NCBI RefSeq assembly: GCF_009914755.1
Contig: NC_060928.1
DNA length: 64,000 nucleotides
Reading direction: 5' to 3' (one strand)
From: the human T2T-CHM13v2.0 reference genome, Homo sapiens
Below, piece after piece: positions 22,312 through 38,600 of this stretch (position 1 is the stretch's first letter; the number at the start of each line of letters is the position of its first letter). The translations under genes and the position numbers were made by a program. Below the pieces are notes generated by a model. The model made no database searches. It was not told the DNA's origin and saw only the letters and a program-made list of their open reading frames with translations.

Positions 22312-22434
22312 AGGAGTCCAGTAAGGGTCAGAAAAGATGGAGACACTGGCTCTGGAAAGGAGCAAGCAATGAGAAGTGCTTTCTGGCAGAAGGAATAGCA
22401 AGGCTTTTGAGGGCCTTGCGGTAGGAATGAGCCA
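22312..22434. repeat. 123-bp perfect inverted repeat, arm 2; lies in an L2 fragment (~22330-22520, minus)
   Basis: Reverse complement of 20017-20139; the L2-like sequence continues past the repeat boundary. Confidence 0.95.
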
Positions 22435-22544
22435 GGTTGGCTTGAAGACTAGAAAGAAGTCGTGTGTGGTTGGAGAGTAAGGAGAAACTGAGAGAGTGGC
22501 AGACAATGAGCTCAGAGAGAGGGATTAATTGAATTAAAATATTA

Positions 22545-23787
22545 AGGATAAAGGGAGCCAGATTTCTCAGTCTCAGAGAAGTGATTACAAAAGAAAGAAA
22601 ACTATAGTAACCCTGTAGTATTGGGTGAGAATTGGAGACACTGCTATCAACCCATGGATTTTAGTACATATAGATAGACACAAAAATAAATGAGGGTGTG
22701 GTTGTGTATAGAGAAACCCTAGTTCTGTCCACTGAGAAGACCTGGAATCAGCAACACCACAACAGCAATGAGTGCACCTACTTCCCAGATGTGGCTTCCG
22801 ATTATTATTCTTCTCTCAAAGGAATCATGGCTCCTTGGGAAAATGGCTGCTTCCAGAGCTGGAGCAAGGAAAGATTCTGAAACATCTTATTGTTCTAGAT
22901 AGCAAGAAGGTATTCCAGAATGATACAAAAGCCAGCCTGAAGAAGATCTCACTAGCCACAATTAGGAATAATTAATAGCAACTAGGAACAATAAATGATA
23001 GCAGCAATTGTAATCCACTGAATAAACAGAAATTCATGAGTCCAAGCTGATATAAATAAGTGAATAAATAGATAATTGAAGATTTGATTAAAACAGAATA
23101 GTTACATAATTTGAAAGCACTTCCCCACAAGATACTAATTACAAGGGAGAAGAGGATAGCCTCAGGCTGGAGAAGCCTGGCAGATGCCAACTTAAACAAA
23201 TGATCTGAGTGACCCTCATCAGCACAGGGACACATCAAAAGTGTGCAGCACCTGATGGGATGCAGCACAAAAGGCACAGTATTATTTCTTCAGTATTCCT
23301 GCCAAAGATACATGGCCTAAATCGAATCGTGTGGAAACATCAGCAAAGCAAATTAAGGAACATTTAAAAAGAAAACGGGCCTGTAATCTTCAAAAGTGGC
23401 AAAGTTATGAAAGTCAAAAAGAAAAAGGACTGAGGAACCATTTCACATCAAGAGATTGATGGAAACTAAAGAGACATGACAACACATGATTCCAGGTTGG
23501 ATCCCTGTACTACAATGACAACTTAGGAAAACTGGTGAAACTTGAAAGGAGTCTGTGGATTAAAAGGTAGTAACGTAGCAGTGCTAATTTCCTGGTTTTG
23601 ATCATTGTATTGTGGTTATATAGGTGAATTCCCTTGTTTGTAGGAAATGCACACACACTAAGGCATTAAGCGGTGACCAGATTCATATTGGTAACTTCGT
23701 CTAAAATGGTTCAGAAACTGAGTTTTATGTACTATGCAAGTTTTCTATAAATTTGAGATTGTTCAAAATAATTATTTTTAAAAAAAT
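22545..23787 (+). mobile_element. L1MC3-like long 3'UTR
   Basis: gggagccagatttctca, tctgtccactgagaag, tattcctgccaaa, aattt.ctggttttgatcattgtattgtggttat and an A-rich end. Confidence 0.75.
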
Positions 23788-23891
23788 TTATACAAAAGGA
23801 ATCATTTTGTAGCATAGATTACTGTGAGGCAAGAAAAGTCAGACACCAAGTATGATGCTTTTGCAGTAGGCCAGATAAAAAAGACTGTTGT

Positions 23892-24258
23892 GGGGGGCAG
23901 TTCCAAGATGGCCTAATAGGAATAGCTCCAGTCTACAGCTTCCAGCGTGAGCAAAGCAGAAGAGGGGTGATTTCTGCATTTCCAACTGAGGTACCGGGTT
24001 CATCTCACTGGGGCTTGTCGGACAGTGGGGGCAGGACAGTGGGTGCAGCCCATCAGGCGTGAGCCAAAGCAGGGTGAGGCATCTCCTCACCCGGGAAGTA
24101 CAAGGGGTCAGGGAATTCCTTTTCCTAGCCAAGGGAAGTGGTGATGGATGGCACCTGGAAAATCGGGTCCCTCCCACCCTAATACAGCGCTTTTCCAATG
24201 GTCTTGGCAAACGGCACACCAGGAGATTATATCCCACCCCTGGCTCAGAGGGTCCCAT
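23892..24258 (+). mobile_element. Isolated first ~367 bp of an L1PA5-like 5'UTR (internal promoter, YY1 site)
   Basis: Starts GGGGGGCAGTTCCAAGATGGCC and stops abruptly at gagggtccca; no L1 body follows. Confidence 0.92.
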
Positions 24259-24680
24259 CTAAATTAGTAATAAATTACTAATAAATAAATTAGTAAAAAA
24301 AAAATTTATTACTAATTTATTACTAAATTAGTAATAGCATATAGTATATGTAATATACATATAACATATAGTATATTTAATATACATATAGCATATAGTA
24401 TATGTAATAACATATATATACATATAGCATATAGTATATGTAATAGCATATAGTGTATGTAATATATGTAATAAAGTATATGTAATAGCATATAGTATAC
24501 ATAATATACAATATATTAATAGTATACAGTATATGTATACACAATATATTTTTATATAGTATATGCAATATACAATATATTAATAGTATATAGCATATGT
24601 ATATACAATATATTTTTATATAGTATATGTGTATATATACACTATATAAAATATAATATAAATACACATGTACTATACAT
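24259..24680. repeat. AT-rich palindromic filler followed by a degenerate (TA)n-type repeat
   Basis: 17-bp inverted repeat at 24260-24276 / 24303-24319; recurring unit tagcatatagtatatgtaa. Confidence 0.9.
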
Positions 24681-25559
24681 GTATCTTTTAGTGCCCTTGA
24701 CAAATTATAGTCTGTTTTTACAGGTCTAGGAGCTATTTTAACTTTGCATATATAACCCACTTACATTGATTTTACAGCCTTCCTCATGGCAGCTGTATTT
24801 CCATCATTTCCAAGTTTTGACTATTGTTTTAAATCTTTTTGTGTGGCTACATTCATTCTTTCTGAACATCAGAAATATAGACCTTAATCACAAGAGTGAT
24901 CAAATTTATCTGCCATTTGCTAGGAACGGTGTTTTGTAATTCAATTATTTTCAGCCTAAGAAGTTTGACAACATTCTCAAAAAAATAATAATTTTTACCA
25001 AATAGTTTTAAATAGACAATGAACAATAATACTATACTTCAAAAGTGATAGAGAAAAATACAGATAGATGGAAAGTTCCATCAATTTGGATATAGCACAA
25101 GTCAAATCATGTTCACTAGAACAAGTCCTTACAACTGACATCTAAAGTAATAGCCCACAGGCCAGAGATCCGTATCATTGAAAATTTATGTTTTCTCTGT
25201 CATAAACACTTTGAAGAGGGATGAGAAAGGTTATAAAATCAGACAAGGATACAGTGATAGAACCCCCTTCAAACCCCACATGCTTCAAAGTGGAAATCTT
25301 TATTGCCCGCCCTGTGACTCTTCTGAGAAAATAAGAAATAAGAAGGAAATAAGAAACTAAGCCTTTCTGCTTAGTTTAACTTGCCACCAAACGAAAAGTA
25401 AGGTGACAAATCTCAAAGCATGTGAGATGAGGTTTAATTCCAAAAATCCCCTCATCTGCTTTTCCTGGGTTCTTTACCCTCCTCTTTCTACAGAGACCAA
25501 CAAAGAGACAAGAACTATCAGCTTCACTGATGCCATTGAACAGTTAACAGATTCTTTCA

Positions 25560-27143
<1,584 letters not shown>

Positions 27144-27184
27144 AAGATTTACTTAGGTCATATGACTCCATAATGCAAGCTCTG

Positions 27185-28280
27185 TTTTTTAAAATTGTGT
27201 TTTATGGCTTTGTTGAGTTATAATTGGCATACGATAAGCCACCTATTTAAAAATGTACAATTTGATAAATGTTGACATACGTATACACCCATGAAACCAT
27301 CTTCATAATCAAGATAATGAGCACAATCATGACACCCAAGAGTTTCCTTATGCCCTGTACCCAGGCCACTACTGATCTAATTTTTATCACTGAGATTACT
27401 TTGCATGTCCTGGAATCCTATATAAATGGAATCACATGGTATATATTCTTTTTTGTCTTACTCTTTTATATAGCTGATTTATTTTGAGATTTATGTATAT
27501 TGTTGCATGTATTGATAGTTGTTTTTGATTGGAGAATCATATTCCATTATATGAATGGATCATAATTTGTTTATCTTTTCATATGTTGATAGTCATTTGG
27601 GTTGGTTAAAGTTTGGGGCATTAAAATAAAGCTGCTTTAAACAATTGAATGCAAATCTTTCTGTGGACATATGCTTTTATTTCTCCTAGGTAAATACCTA
27701 GGAGTTGAAGGGTTAGGTGTATGGCATATGTTTAACATCTTAAGAAACTGCCAATCTATTTTCCAAAGTGATTGTGCTATTTCACATTCCCAATATCAGT
27801 AGATGAGAGTATTTTGGTTGCTCCACATCCTGCTAACATTTGATATAGTCAATCTTACTAATTTTAGCCATTCAAGTGGCTAAATATGTAGTAATATGAC
27901 ATTGTGGTTTCATTCTGCATTTCCATAACAACTAATTATGTTGAGCATCTTTGCATGTGTTTATTAGCCATACATATATTTTCTTTGATGAAGTCTGTTC
28001 AAATCTTTTTCCATTTTTATTGGATCATTTTTCTTCTTATTCTTTCATTGTAGGAGTTCTTTATATATTCTAGATACAAGTCATTTGTCAGTTACATGTT
28101 TTGCAGATATTTTCTCCCAATCTGTGTTTTGTGTTTTCATTTTCTTAACAGTATTCTTTTCAAGAGAAAACATTTTCAACTTTAGTGCCAAAAATTTTTG
28201 TCTAAGCACTGCTTTAGCTATATTCCACAAATTTGGATTTATCATGCTTTTATTGAAGTTCACATCAAAATACTTTCTGA
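27185..28280 (-). mobile_element. Old L1 3' region, L1MC1/2-like
   Basis: gtatacacccatgaaaccatc...aatcaagataatga; tataaatggaatca; ggtaaatacctaggagt. Confidence 0.75.
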
Positions 28281-28414
28281 ATAGTAAACATCCCGTTACT
28301 TGCCATCCCTGGGTTCTCTCCCCTTTCTTCACTCAAATTTAAAGAAAGAGACAGAATAACCACCAACTTGAGTGATGGCAATTGACAATTTACAAAACAT
28401 TTCTTCACTTCACT

Positions 28415-28560
28415 GAAACCTACAAATATTATTAGTCCATTTTACAGAAGTGGGAACTATAGTTCAGGAGATTAAAATAATTTGCCCAAGGTGGAAATAT
28501 CAATAAAGGCAAATTCAAACCTTACTCAAGTCACCTGACTCTAAATCCCATGCACTTTTC
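28415..28560 (-). mobile_element. MIR
   Basis: ccattttacagaag...aataatttgcccaagg...cctgactctaaatcccatgc. Confidence 0.7.
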
Positions 28561-28622
28561 ATTGTACTTTATCCAGCTCTCTAAAAATCTAAGTTAAAGC
28601 CTTTTTGCAAGCTAAGTGTCTA

Positions 28623-28973
<351 letters not shown>

Positions 28974-29154
28974 TCAGATTTCTAAATGTGGTAATGTCAG
29001 ACACAGCAGCCACAGAGAGTAGTCAATATTCTTGCCCAACAAGTCCTCTCTCATCTTTGAAATCATCCTTTAATAGCAGCCCTGGCCATATTTCATCCAC
29101 TGCAATCCAGGTGGCTTGTGTTTCATCTCTATTAAGCAATTTCAATAGCCTGGC

Positions 29155-29310
29155 AAGTGGTTCTCAAATTGGCACTTAGAAGACTCCCCTTAGGAAATCC
29201 CAGGGATTCTGATTTAATCAGTGTCAAATGGAATACGGGAATCTGGGGTTTTTTTTTTTAACAAGCATCATAGATAATTCTGATGCAGGATATTAGTGGA
29301 TCACCCTAAA
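29155..29310. mobile_element. MER5-like hAT-Charlie fossil
   Basis: agtggttctcaaa...gattctgatttaat...ttttaacaagc...attctgatgcag. Confidence 0.6.
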
Positions 29311-29334
29311 CTGGTAAGGAGGGAGTAGAGGGTA

Positions 29335-29630
29335 AGGACTGAGTGGGAGGAGAGGAAGTGACAGAGTAGGAAGAGAACTGGTTATAAAGTGCCTTGTCAG
29401 CCCTCTTTAGCGATTTAAATTTTAACCTAGGAGCAATGGGGAATAAATGAGGTTTTTAAGCAAAAGAGGTACATAATACATTTACACTTAAGAAAGATGA
29501 TGATGGTGAAACGTAAAGAGTAGATTAAACAGACCAAAGACAGGGCATAGGGAGAGCATGAGGAGGCTGTTGTAACAATTCTGGCAGTGGAAGATGGTAG
29601 TTTGCTAGCAGGAATGGGAAAACTTTGAGA
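29335..29630 (-). mobile_element. L2 fragment
   Basis: gcaatggggaa...ggtttttaagca...aggaggctgttgtaacaattctggc...gatggtagttt. Confidence 0.65.
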
Positions 29631-30520
29631 AAAAAAATTAACATACGTGAACAGACAACATGCAGTGAAAGGGTTCAATAAAAAGAAAAAAATATCAAAA
29701 AGCCTAATGCAAACTGCTAGTAAGGGCCTATAAACAAGAAATCAGTACACAGAGGACCTCTTGTACTCTGAAGCTTCCTTGACTCTGTCCTTTCAAGAGA
29801 CTTATTGTTTATGATAATAAAAGGAATTTACTGCCTCAGATCACAAAAGGTTGTTGCTTAGAATTTGGGCAACAACCACGTTAACCACAGCCATATTTTT
29901 TAGCAGAGGTCTCTCAAAGCAGTTTTATGATTCTCTCTCATGAAAGTCTTCCCAGCCAGCCTATCGTCCCTCTGGTGCGCCTTGTTTATAGGCTCAGGTG
30001 CTCTGTGCTTCATAATGGAATCATCACTCAGTTTGCTATAAAGTTTGGGAAGGAACTTTGTCCTGAGTCCAACATTAAATGTATTCAGAGAAACCCTGGC
30101 ATGGATGGCCACATGTTAGTCCTGGGATTCTGTGAACAGAATCTCATGTGTAATGTAAATCCAGATTTGTGAATTTATACTTATACATTGTATATTTATT
30201 CTGTCTAATAATATTTTAATCACATCCTATGTCTTTCCCTGGGGCTGGTATAAAAGGTTACAGGTTCAAATCTCATTGAGGTGGCATCTTAAGTCAATAT
30301 ATTTTTAGCCCTCATATGATTTTATTATTTCCTCTAAGCATGGTCCAATAAAGTGATAATAATTTCCTTTGTACCCACTTAAAGAAAGAAAATTGCCAGG
30401 GGAATAAAGAGATGATTCCTACCAGAAAAGCCTAAACAAGAAAAGAGGGGGAACAAATCACTGAAATTGCCAAACAAGGGGTAAGAGGCCAGTTTTAAGA
30501 CAGAGCAAGGAACCACTGAA

Positions 30521-30685
30521 GCAATGGTTCTCAACACTGACCTCACGTAAGAATGACCTAGGAGTTCTTATAAAAAGTTTTTTCCAGACCAATTAACTCA
30601 TATCTCTGGGGCGGGGCCCCTGGCAAACGTACGCTTTATAAACTCCACAAGCATTTGTAAGGTGCAGCACTAGGAATCACTGCTA
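30521..30685. mobile_element. MER5A-like hAT-Charlie fossil
   Basis: Ends gcaatggttctcaac...gaatcactgct; internal ccagaccaattaa.tca.atctctgggg. Confidence 0.7.
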
Positions 30686-31116
30686 TAGGAAGTCAGCATC
30701 CAAGAACTCCGACTTGATATGTTGTACTACAAGGATTAAGTGAAAGTACGTATTTCTTCTACCCCATACTAAATGTCTAATCTGAAGTTTCAAGAAAAAA
30801 AAATCAATAAATGAAAGAACATTTTTTAAAATTGTATATTTCAGAAATGAATATGGCATTTTTTGTCTTCTGAAAGCATAAATCAGGTAATGCCACTTTT
30901 AGAAATAAGTATCATTTTGCTGCTTTTTCTCATCTTTTAAAAATGTAAATCAGATCCTGTCACTTCCCTAGGTCCACTCCTTATGTTTGCAGGCCTTGGC
31001 AGAGGGACAAATGGAGGCTACCTAATGTTTATTTAAATGTTTAAATTAATAGATCTAGCTAATACCTGTTATATAAAATATATTCCATCCTCCTATTTTA
31101 AGAAATGTCTGTGTCT

Positions 31117-32338
<1,222 letters not shown>

Positions 32339-32739
32339 AAGAAATGTCTGTGTCTAACAACAAAAAATCAGAGGAGCTCTGTATGGTTTTCACATGAGTA
32401 AAAGCTGGCAAAATATCAAAGATGACTAAATTAGATTATTATTACACATCTCTGAGTGTTCCATTGATGGGCCAGCAATGTTTGTAAGAGTAATAAGGTA
32501 TACATAGTCCACAAATTATTATCTATTTATGAAATAAAATTTATTTTTTCTTGCCTTCATTTTAGCATAATCAGTAATTATATTGTTATAATCAATATTT
32601 GCACATAATTTATGTTCTAGTGACAGTAATGTCAAATGAAACCACCTTTTGAGTTATTCTTCTTAGTTTGTTTTCTTATTAATTTCAACTTGAAGAAATT
32701 TTCTCCTGCTGAGACAGTAGCAAACCGGATTGTCAATAA

Positions 32740-32886
<147 letters not shown>

Positions 32887-33073
32887 TAACATTTAGATTC
32901 AAAAATAAATCTCAAATTGTATTTACTACATTAAAATGTTTTAATGAGGCTGCATATAATTATTGCTTTGCAGAAAGTATTAAAACCATTTTAATGTAAG
33001 CTTATAGATTATCATTTGTATCACCATTTTCACTGTTAAACAATGCCTAGAGCCTGAAGAATCTCATGTGCAT

Positions 33074-33077
<4 letters not shown>

Positions 33078-33129
<52 letters not shown>
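33078..33129. repeat. (TG)n microsatellite, ~26 units
   Basis: Seen directly. Confidence 0.98.
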
Positions 33130-33132
<3 letters not shown>

Positions 33133-33189
33133 ACTAAAGCATGGAGCCCAGGACAGGGGCCCCTCTAGTTCAGTCTAAAGGCAGAACTG

Positions 33190-33980
33190 CTTCCCTTCTT
33201 GTAATGGCTTTCCTTAGAATTACATCTAAACTCCTTACCAAGAACTGCAAGGCCCTACATGGTCTGACTTCTGCCGAGCTCTGAGCCCTCATCACCCACT
33301 GCTCCTGCTTTTGTTCAGTGGTCTTTGATCTGCTCCTCAGACTCCACAAACTCCTTCTTGTTCAGAAACTTTCCACTGGCTCTTACCTCTGCCTAACACA
33401 GCTGCTTTCAACTCTACCTGGCTGGCTTCTTTCAGTCCTTCAGGTTTCAGCTTAAGGCAGGCAATATATGTAGTGATTATAAGCACAGATTCTGCAGCTA
33501 AATTCCCTGAGATCAAATCTGGCTCTACAATTGCCCATCAGTGTGTTCCCGGTCAAGTCTCCAAATGGATCTTTCAGTTTCCTCTTTTATAGAAAGGAGG
33601 CAATAGTACTTTCTCATATGACTGCTGTGTAGATTGAATGAGTTAATAGAAATAAAACTCAGGCTAGCATAGAAATAAATCATAGCAATATCATATAAAT
33701 CATAACAATAAATCATAGCTTAAGAAATCAAAAGTCACCTCTTCAAAAAGACTTTCCCTGACCACCCAACGTAAAATAGCTTCCCACGGGCACATCACTC
33801 TATTTCATTTTTTCCCAGTATTGATCACCATCTGAAACTGCATTGTTTATTTTATAGTTGTTGTCTGTCTTCTTCCCCTAGATGACAAGTTTCATGAGAA
33901 CTGAGCCCCTGTCTCAAAGTCCGTTGCTATATACTCTTGTGCCTGGCACATAGTTGAAGTCATTAAATATTTGTTGATTA
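33190..33980 (+). mobile_element. L2a-like 3' portion interrupted by a MIR (~33458-33665)
   Basis: ctaaactccttacc...caaggccctacatggtctg; ends gcctggcacatagt...aaatatttgttga. Confidence 0.75.
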
Positions 33981-35178
33981 GCTAGATTTTATTTAAATCC
34001 TTCCAATTTTAAACCAAATCAGAAATTATAGGTTTAGGAAGATGAAATTTACTCTTCTTTTTCCAACCAACTCATCTCAAATTGTGCTCATTTATAATAG
34101 GTTACAGGCATGTGCGCAGAGCTGCAGTGTGCTAAAAAGTAGGTGTCAAAGGTAGTATGGGGGTCATGGTGTTGAAGACTGCCAGCCACTCGCAAACAAT
34201 GAGAGACACTTCTAACGGTCTCAAGGAAAGAGGAGTCTTTGCAGTTATCCAGCTAATTTAGGCAATGTGGATTTCCCACCTGACAGATTTAAACTGTTGT
34301 TTGTTGTTAATGAACAAATTGACCAGAAAATGACCAACTTTTGCCTTGTACAGCGGAAGAAGTCATAAGCTACGGAGGCAACTATTCTCTAAAGAAAAAG
34401 CAAGAAACATGGGTCTTAATAGAACATCATCAAAATTTGTGAATGAACACAAATACCAGGGGTGCCACTTGAAATTATACCTTCTAAAGTAAGAATAAAA
34501 ATTCCATTGTCCAAGAATGGAATCCATTTCTTTGCTGACTATTGTCTTGCTTTTCACAAACAGATTTCTTGAGCATGCTGGACACTGGCATCAAGCCAAA
34601 GACATAAGAAAGCAATGCAACGAATCCCATTCTAATTTGGGTAATGTTACAGATAGCTAAGTCTCAAGAGCCCATGTGACTTGCCCATAAGAAAGCTGTC
34701 TGCTGTCCACCGCACCCTGTGGTAACAACCTGAACACCTCTGTCTCCTTTGCCTTCTGTTCCCCCATGTTCCCCCAGTGTTTCTCACTTTGCGCATTCCT
34801 ACTCTTCTGAATGGAAAAACTGATTTGTCTCCCTTTGAGCTCTTGGACAGAAAAGATAGAATTAAAATAAAACACAATGATCATTCACATTGTGTAGAGA
34901 GAAGCTATGTATCTGAACCAAAACCTGTGTCAGAAATGTATTGAATAATACCAAAAAAAAAAAAATGACACTCAAAGGTGTGGCCCAGTTTCTCACTGCT
35001 GCGAGTACAGGGAAATGTGTAAGAAATGACTCCAATCATTTCAAATGGTGTTTTGTTTCCTGACCAGGCCACCATAAAGGGTTCTATTAGTTTACATAAG
35101 CTGAGCACCTTCCCTATATGCAAACACTAACATCCTGTGAAATAAAAAATAATGGAACACTGCAACTCACTGCAGTGA

Positions 35179-35677
35179 CAGTAGTCCCCACTTACCTGCG
35201 GTTTACCTTTGAGATTCCAGTTACTCACAGTCAACTTTGGATGGAAAATGTAAACTGAAAAATTCCAGAAATAAACAATTCCTAAGTCTTAATTTGCACA
35301 CTGTTCTAAGTAGTGTGAGGAAATCTTGTGCTCTGCTCCCTCCTGCCCAAGACAAGAATCCTGTCTTTGTCCAGAGTATTTGTGCTGTTTCCTGCCCATG
35401 AGTCACTTAGTGGCTGTCTAGGTTATCAGATCACCCACTTCAGTATCACAGTGCTTGTGCTCAAATAACCTTCTTTTTATGTAATAATGGCCCCAAAGCA
35501 CAAAAGTAGTAATGCTGGCAATTCAGGTATGCCAAAGAGAAGCCATAAAGTGCTTCCTTTGAGTAAAAAGGGGAAAGTTTATCACAGGAAGGTATGTATG
35601 GAAAAAAAGCAGTGTATGTTTTCAGGCATACACTGCGGCTCTTGGAAAATATTCCCCGGAGATAAGGGGGACTACCA
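35179..35677 (+). mobile_element. MER44B-like (Tigger7-derived) DNA transposon
   Basis: TIRs cagtagtcccc.cttac / gataagggggactac. ORF 35487 (MAPKHKSSNAGNSGMPKRSHKVLPLSKK) is the remnant transposase N-terminus. Confidence 0.88.
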
Positions 35678-36339
35678 TATTCATAAACAACTACAGAGAC
35701 TGAGCTTTCTAAATCTCTACCACAATTTCCAACAAGACTCTGTCAATAAATTCCCTTAGATTGCATCCTTTTGCCTGATGGTTTATTGACAAAAAAAGAA
35801 ATAAAATAAGGACATCAAATTTGCTTCATTCTATGGAAGTTTTATTCCAAGTCTTCAAAAGGAAAAAGGGAAGAAACAACAGAAGTATTGAGATGTGAAT
35901 TCACTCATATAGAGAGCAAGTTCAGATTGTTTATAATCTGCTGGCACACTGACAAAGCAGTAAAAATAACAGTTTACATCAGCACCACCTGGCTCAAAAA
36001 AAAATTCTTTTATTCCTTGTTTTGAGGGAGTTAAGCTGATATCCACCCCCACCCACCTACCTATCCACTTTTCTGGGAGGACCTTAGACTAAGCCAATGA
36101 AAGGGAAGTCCTGATATAGCAGCCTGTGGAGAATTAGATCTAAGGGACAGAGCTGCCGCATAAAGCTGGACAATCTGAAGGATGCACAAATTATCCTGGC
36201 CTGGGGGGAGACGTTCAGCCTGAATTTGATTCACCAGTGCTTGCATCTGGCTCAAGACTGTGTCCAGGGTGGCAGGGTTACCTTTGTCTATTTTGTCTTC
36301 CCAGACAGGGTGCCTTTTTCTAATTCATCAAAAGGAGCC

Positions 36340-36660
36340 ATATAAGAAGCTCCTACTCCAGTATAAACTCCAGCATCACTTCTTCACTGTGAAGGTTTAC
36401 ACCTTACTTTTCCATGATCTTTATATGGATGTCTATAATTTTAATATTTATCACATTATAATCATTTATTTGCATGTCTGTTTTGACATAAGACTTCAAG
36501 ATTCTTGAAAGCAGGCACTGAGTACTTTTCCCCTCTTTTATACCCAGTTCCCAGCATAGAACTTGGTACAAAATAAATTGTGCCAATGCTTGAAAAAATA
36601 TGCTTATTGTATGGATGTTTGGAAAAATGGATGGATGGATAAATGGACAGATGAGTGAAA
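36340..36660 (+). mobile_element. L2 3' end
   Basis: ttcttgaaagcaggcactg...tacccagttcccagcatagaacttggtaca...(tgga)n tail. Confidence 0.6.
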
Positions 36661-36875
36661 TCCAGAACAGACCTATCAAGAGTATGAGAATTGGCTTGGA
36701 GTCAGGGCAAAGGACTTCTCTTCCTGTTTTTTCTCTATCCTTTGACAGTATTGGTGAAAGAACAGAGAATAAAAGTCAAAATAGTCAAGAAGAGATTTTG
36801 TTAATGGTAGCATTCCTCACTCAATAAGCTAACACAACTGTATGCAACTAGCACTGTTCTGTAGTTTTTGAGGTT

Positions 36876-36975
36876 GTGCTGGATATCTTCAATTTGCCCT
36901 CTCCCTGCACAAATCAATTACTAACCCATCTCCACCTCACTTTGTACCCTGGGAGGTGGACCTATATGGGCTACA
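36876..36975 (-). mobile_element. LTR33-like ERVL LTR fragment
   Basis: tttgccctc...tctccacc...tgtaccctgggaggtggacctatatgggctaca. Confidence 0.5.
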
Positions 36976-37859
36976 GTAGGAGAATTAAAGAGTGTTTTGA
37001 GACAGTCCACTCTGGTGCATCTTATGTTGGCTTTCCTCCACCCCCTCCATCAAAACTTATTTTTTCTGTACCTTCCTTTAAGTGAGAGACTACAGAAAGT
37101 TAAGTGTCACGCTTCCCAAAGTTTCCTTGTATATCTGGGGAAGACACTCACTAATGTGACCCCTCAGGTAAATAACCTTCTGTGGAAAGCAGCTTTAGTG
37201 GAGCCATTTCTTTGGATACCAGCCTCTGGAGTGGAGCGCTGAGTACTTTAACATCAACAGCAATAAATCCACTCTAAGCACATTGGAACAAATAAACATC
37301 TTTAAATTTAACAAATCAGAATGCTTTGATCCTTGTGATTTTTTTATCCTCACTGGAGGCAAGCTGGGGTCCTTTTTACAAAAGTTTTGCTGCCTAATCC
37401 ATTGCTTCCCAAACTTTTTTAAAAGAAAGGACATTTAGAAAACGACACTATTTGTAATATAGAGCGTGGAAAATAGTTGAGGTTGTTTGCTGTTACAAAC
37501 AGCCAGCCTGGGGGCTCCAGCCCTAGTGTCTCCTGCAGCCCAACAGCTGAGGGGGTCAGCCTCTCGCTTGACATTCTGCCTTCCATCTGTGTGCCGCAGT
37601 GAAGACACACACGCTGTCGTATTCTGCTCATATCCCTGACACTGAACACGGATGCTGCCACTAGAACTACAGCCACCTTGCCCCTTTGGATGTCATTGTG
37701 GCCACCACTGCTGCCAGCCTCAGAATGGATTATGTGTGGCTTATTTCACACAGCTGGCAGAGGGATTTGGTCTGTTGTTTCTCAATGAGTAGCCTCTAGG
37801 CCCGGTTATTAGGTCCCCTGGGAAATCACAGTATCTTTTTATTTCATGTTCTAAATTTA

Positions 37860-38600
37860 TTCACAATGTTCTAAATTCAAAGCAATACAAGGTACATACA
37901 CATGAAGAAGTTTCGGTTCCTCTCCCAGTGCACCTCATTGGCCCTCACAACTTCTAAGTAACCACTCTTAAAGTGTATGGATGCTTCCAGCATTGTTTTT
38001 TGCAGATATGAGTAGAAATCGGTATTCTTATCACTCTTTTTTGTTACACAAAAGGTGGCATGCTGTCTATACACTATGTGTGTAGATGTGCATTCCTTTG
38101 CCCTTTGACATTTTGCCATGTGAGTACAAGAGAGCATGCTCATTCTCTTTTACAGTGGTATAGAGCATAGATTTCCATGGTGTGGATCCATACCACAGTT
38201 TATTTTAGCCTATACCTATTAATGTTTACTTGGCCTGTTCCCAATATTTTGCTGTGATAAACAGCACAGTGCTGTGTATGTCATTTTTTTACGTAGTAAG
38301 TGTGTTTTTAGAAGAAATTCCTAGAAACAGGATTGCTGGGTCCAAGGATAAGTGCATCTATAATGTTGATGAATATTGCCAAACTGTCCTCCATGGCATG
38401 GGCTTATCATTTTGCACCGCTACCAGCAACATCTGAGAGTGCCTATTTCCCCACAGTTTTACCAGGGTATGTTGTCCAATCTGTGGATTTGTGCCAATCT
38501 GATAGGCGAAAGTAATAGTTTAGTGTAGTTTTAAATTTTATTTATCTTATTATGAGGGAGGCTTATCATCTTTTCACTTGTTAAGGCCATCTATATTTGC
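37860..38600 (-). mobile_element. L1ME-like 3' region
   Basis: aaattcctagaaacaggattgctgggtc; tattgccaaactgtcctcca; ccagcaacatctgagagtgcc. Confidence 0.7.

Noticed and set aside
24330-24760. CRISPR-like array, or the 127-aa Tyr/Ile-rich ORF
   Set aside because: Low-complexity TA-derived repeat with no unique spacers; the ORF is a compositional artefact.
29849-29877. Hairpin ggttgttgc...gcaacaacc (RFX-like half sites)
   Set aside because: A 9-bp stem is plausible by chance in 64 kb, and there is no supporting context.
34000-35160. Apparently repeat-free stretch as an enhancer or exon (several SOX-like aacaat/acaaa words)
   Set aside because: Short motifs are expected in AT-rich DNA, no convincing exon is visible, and conservation data would be needed.
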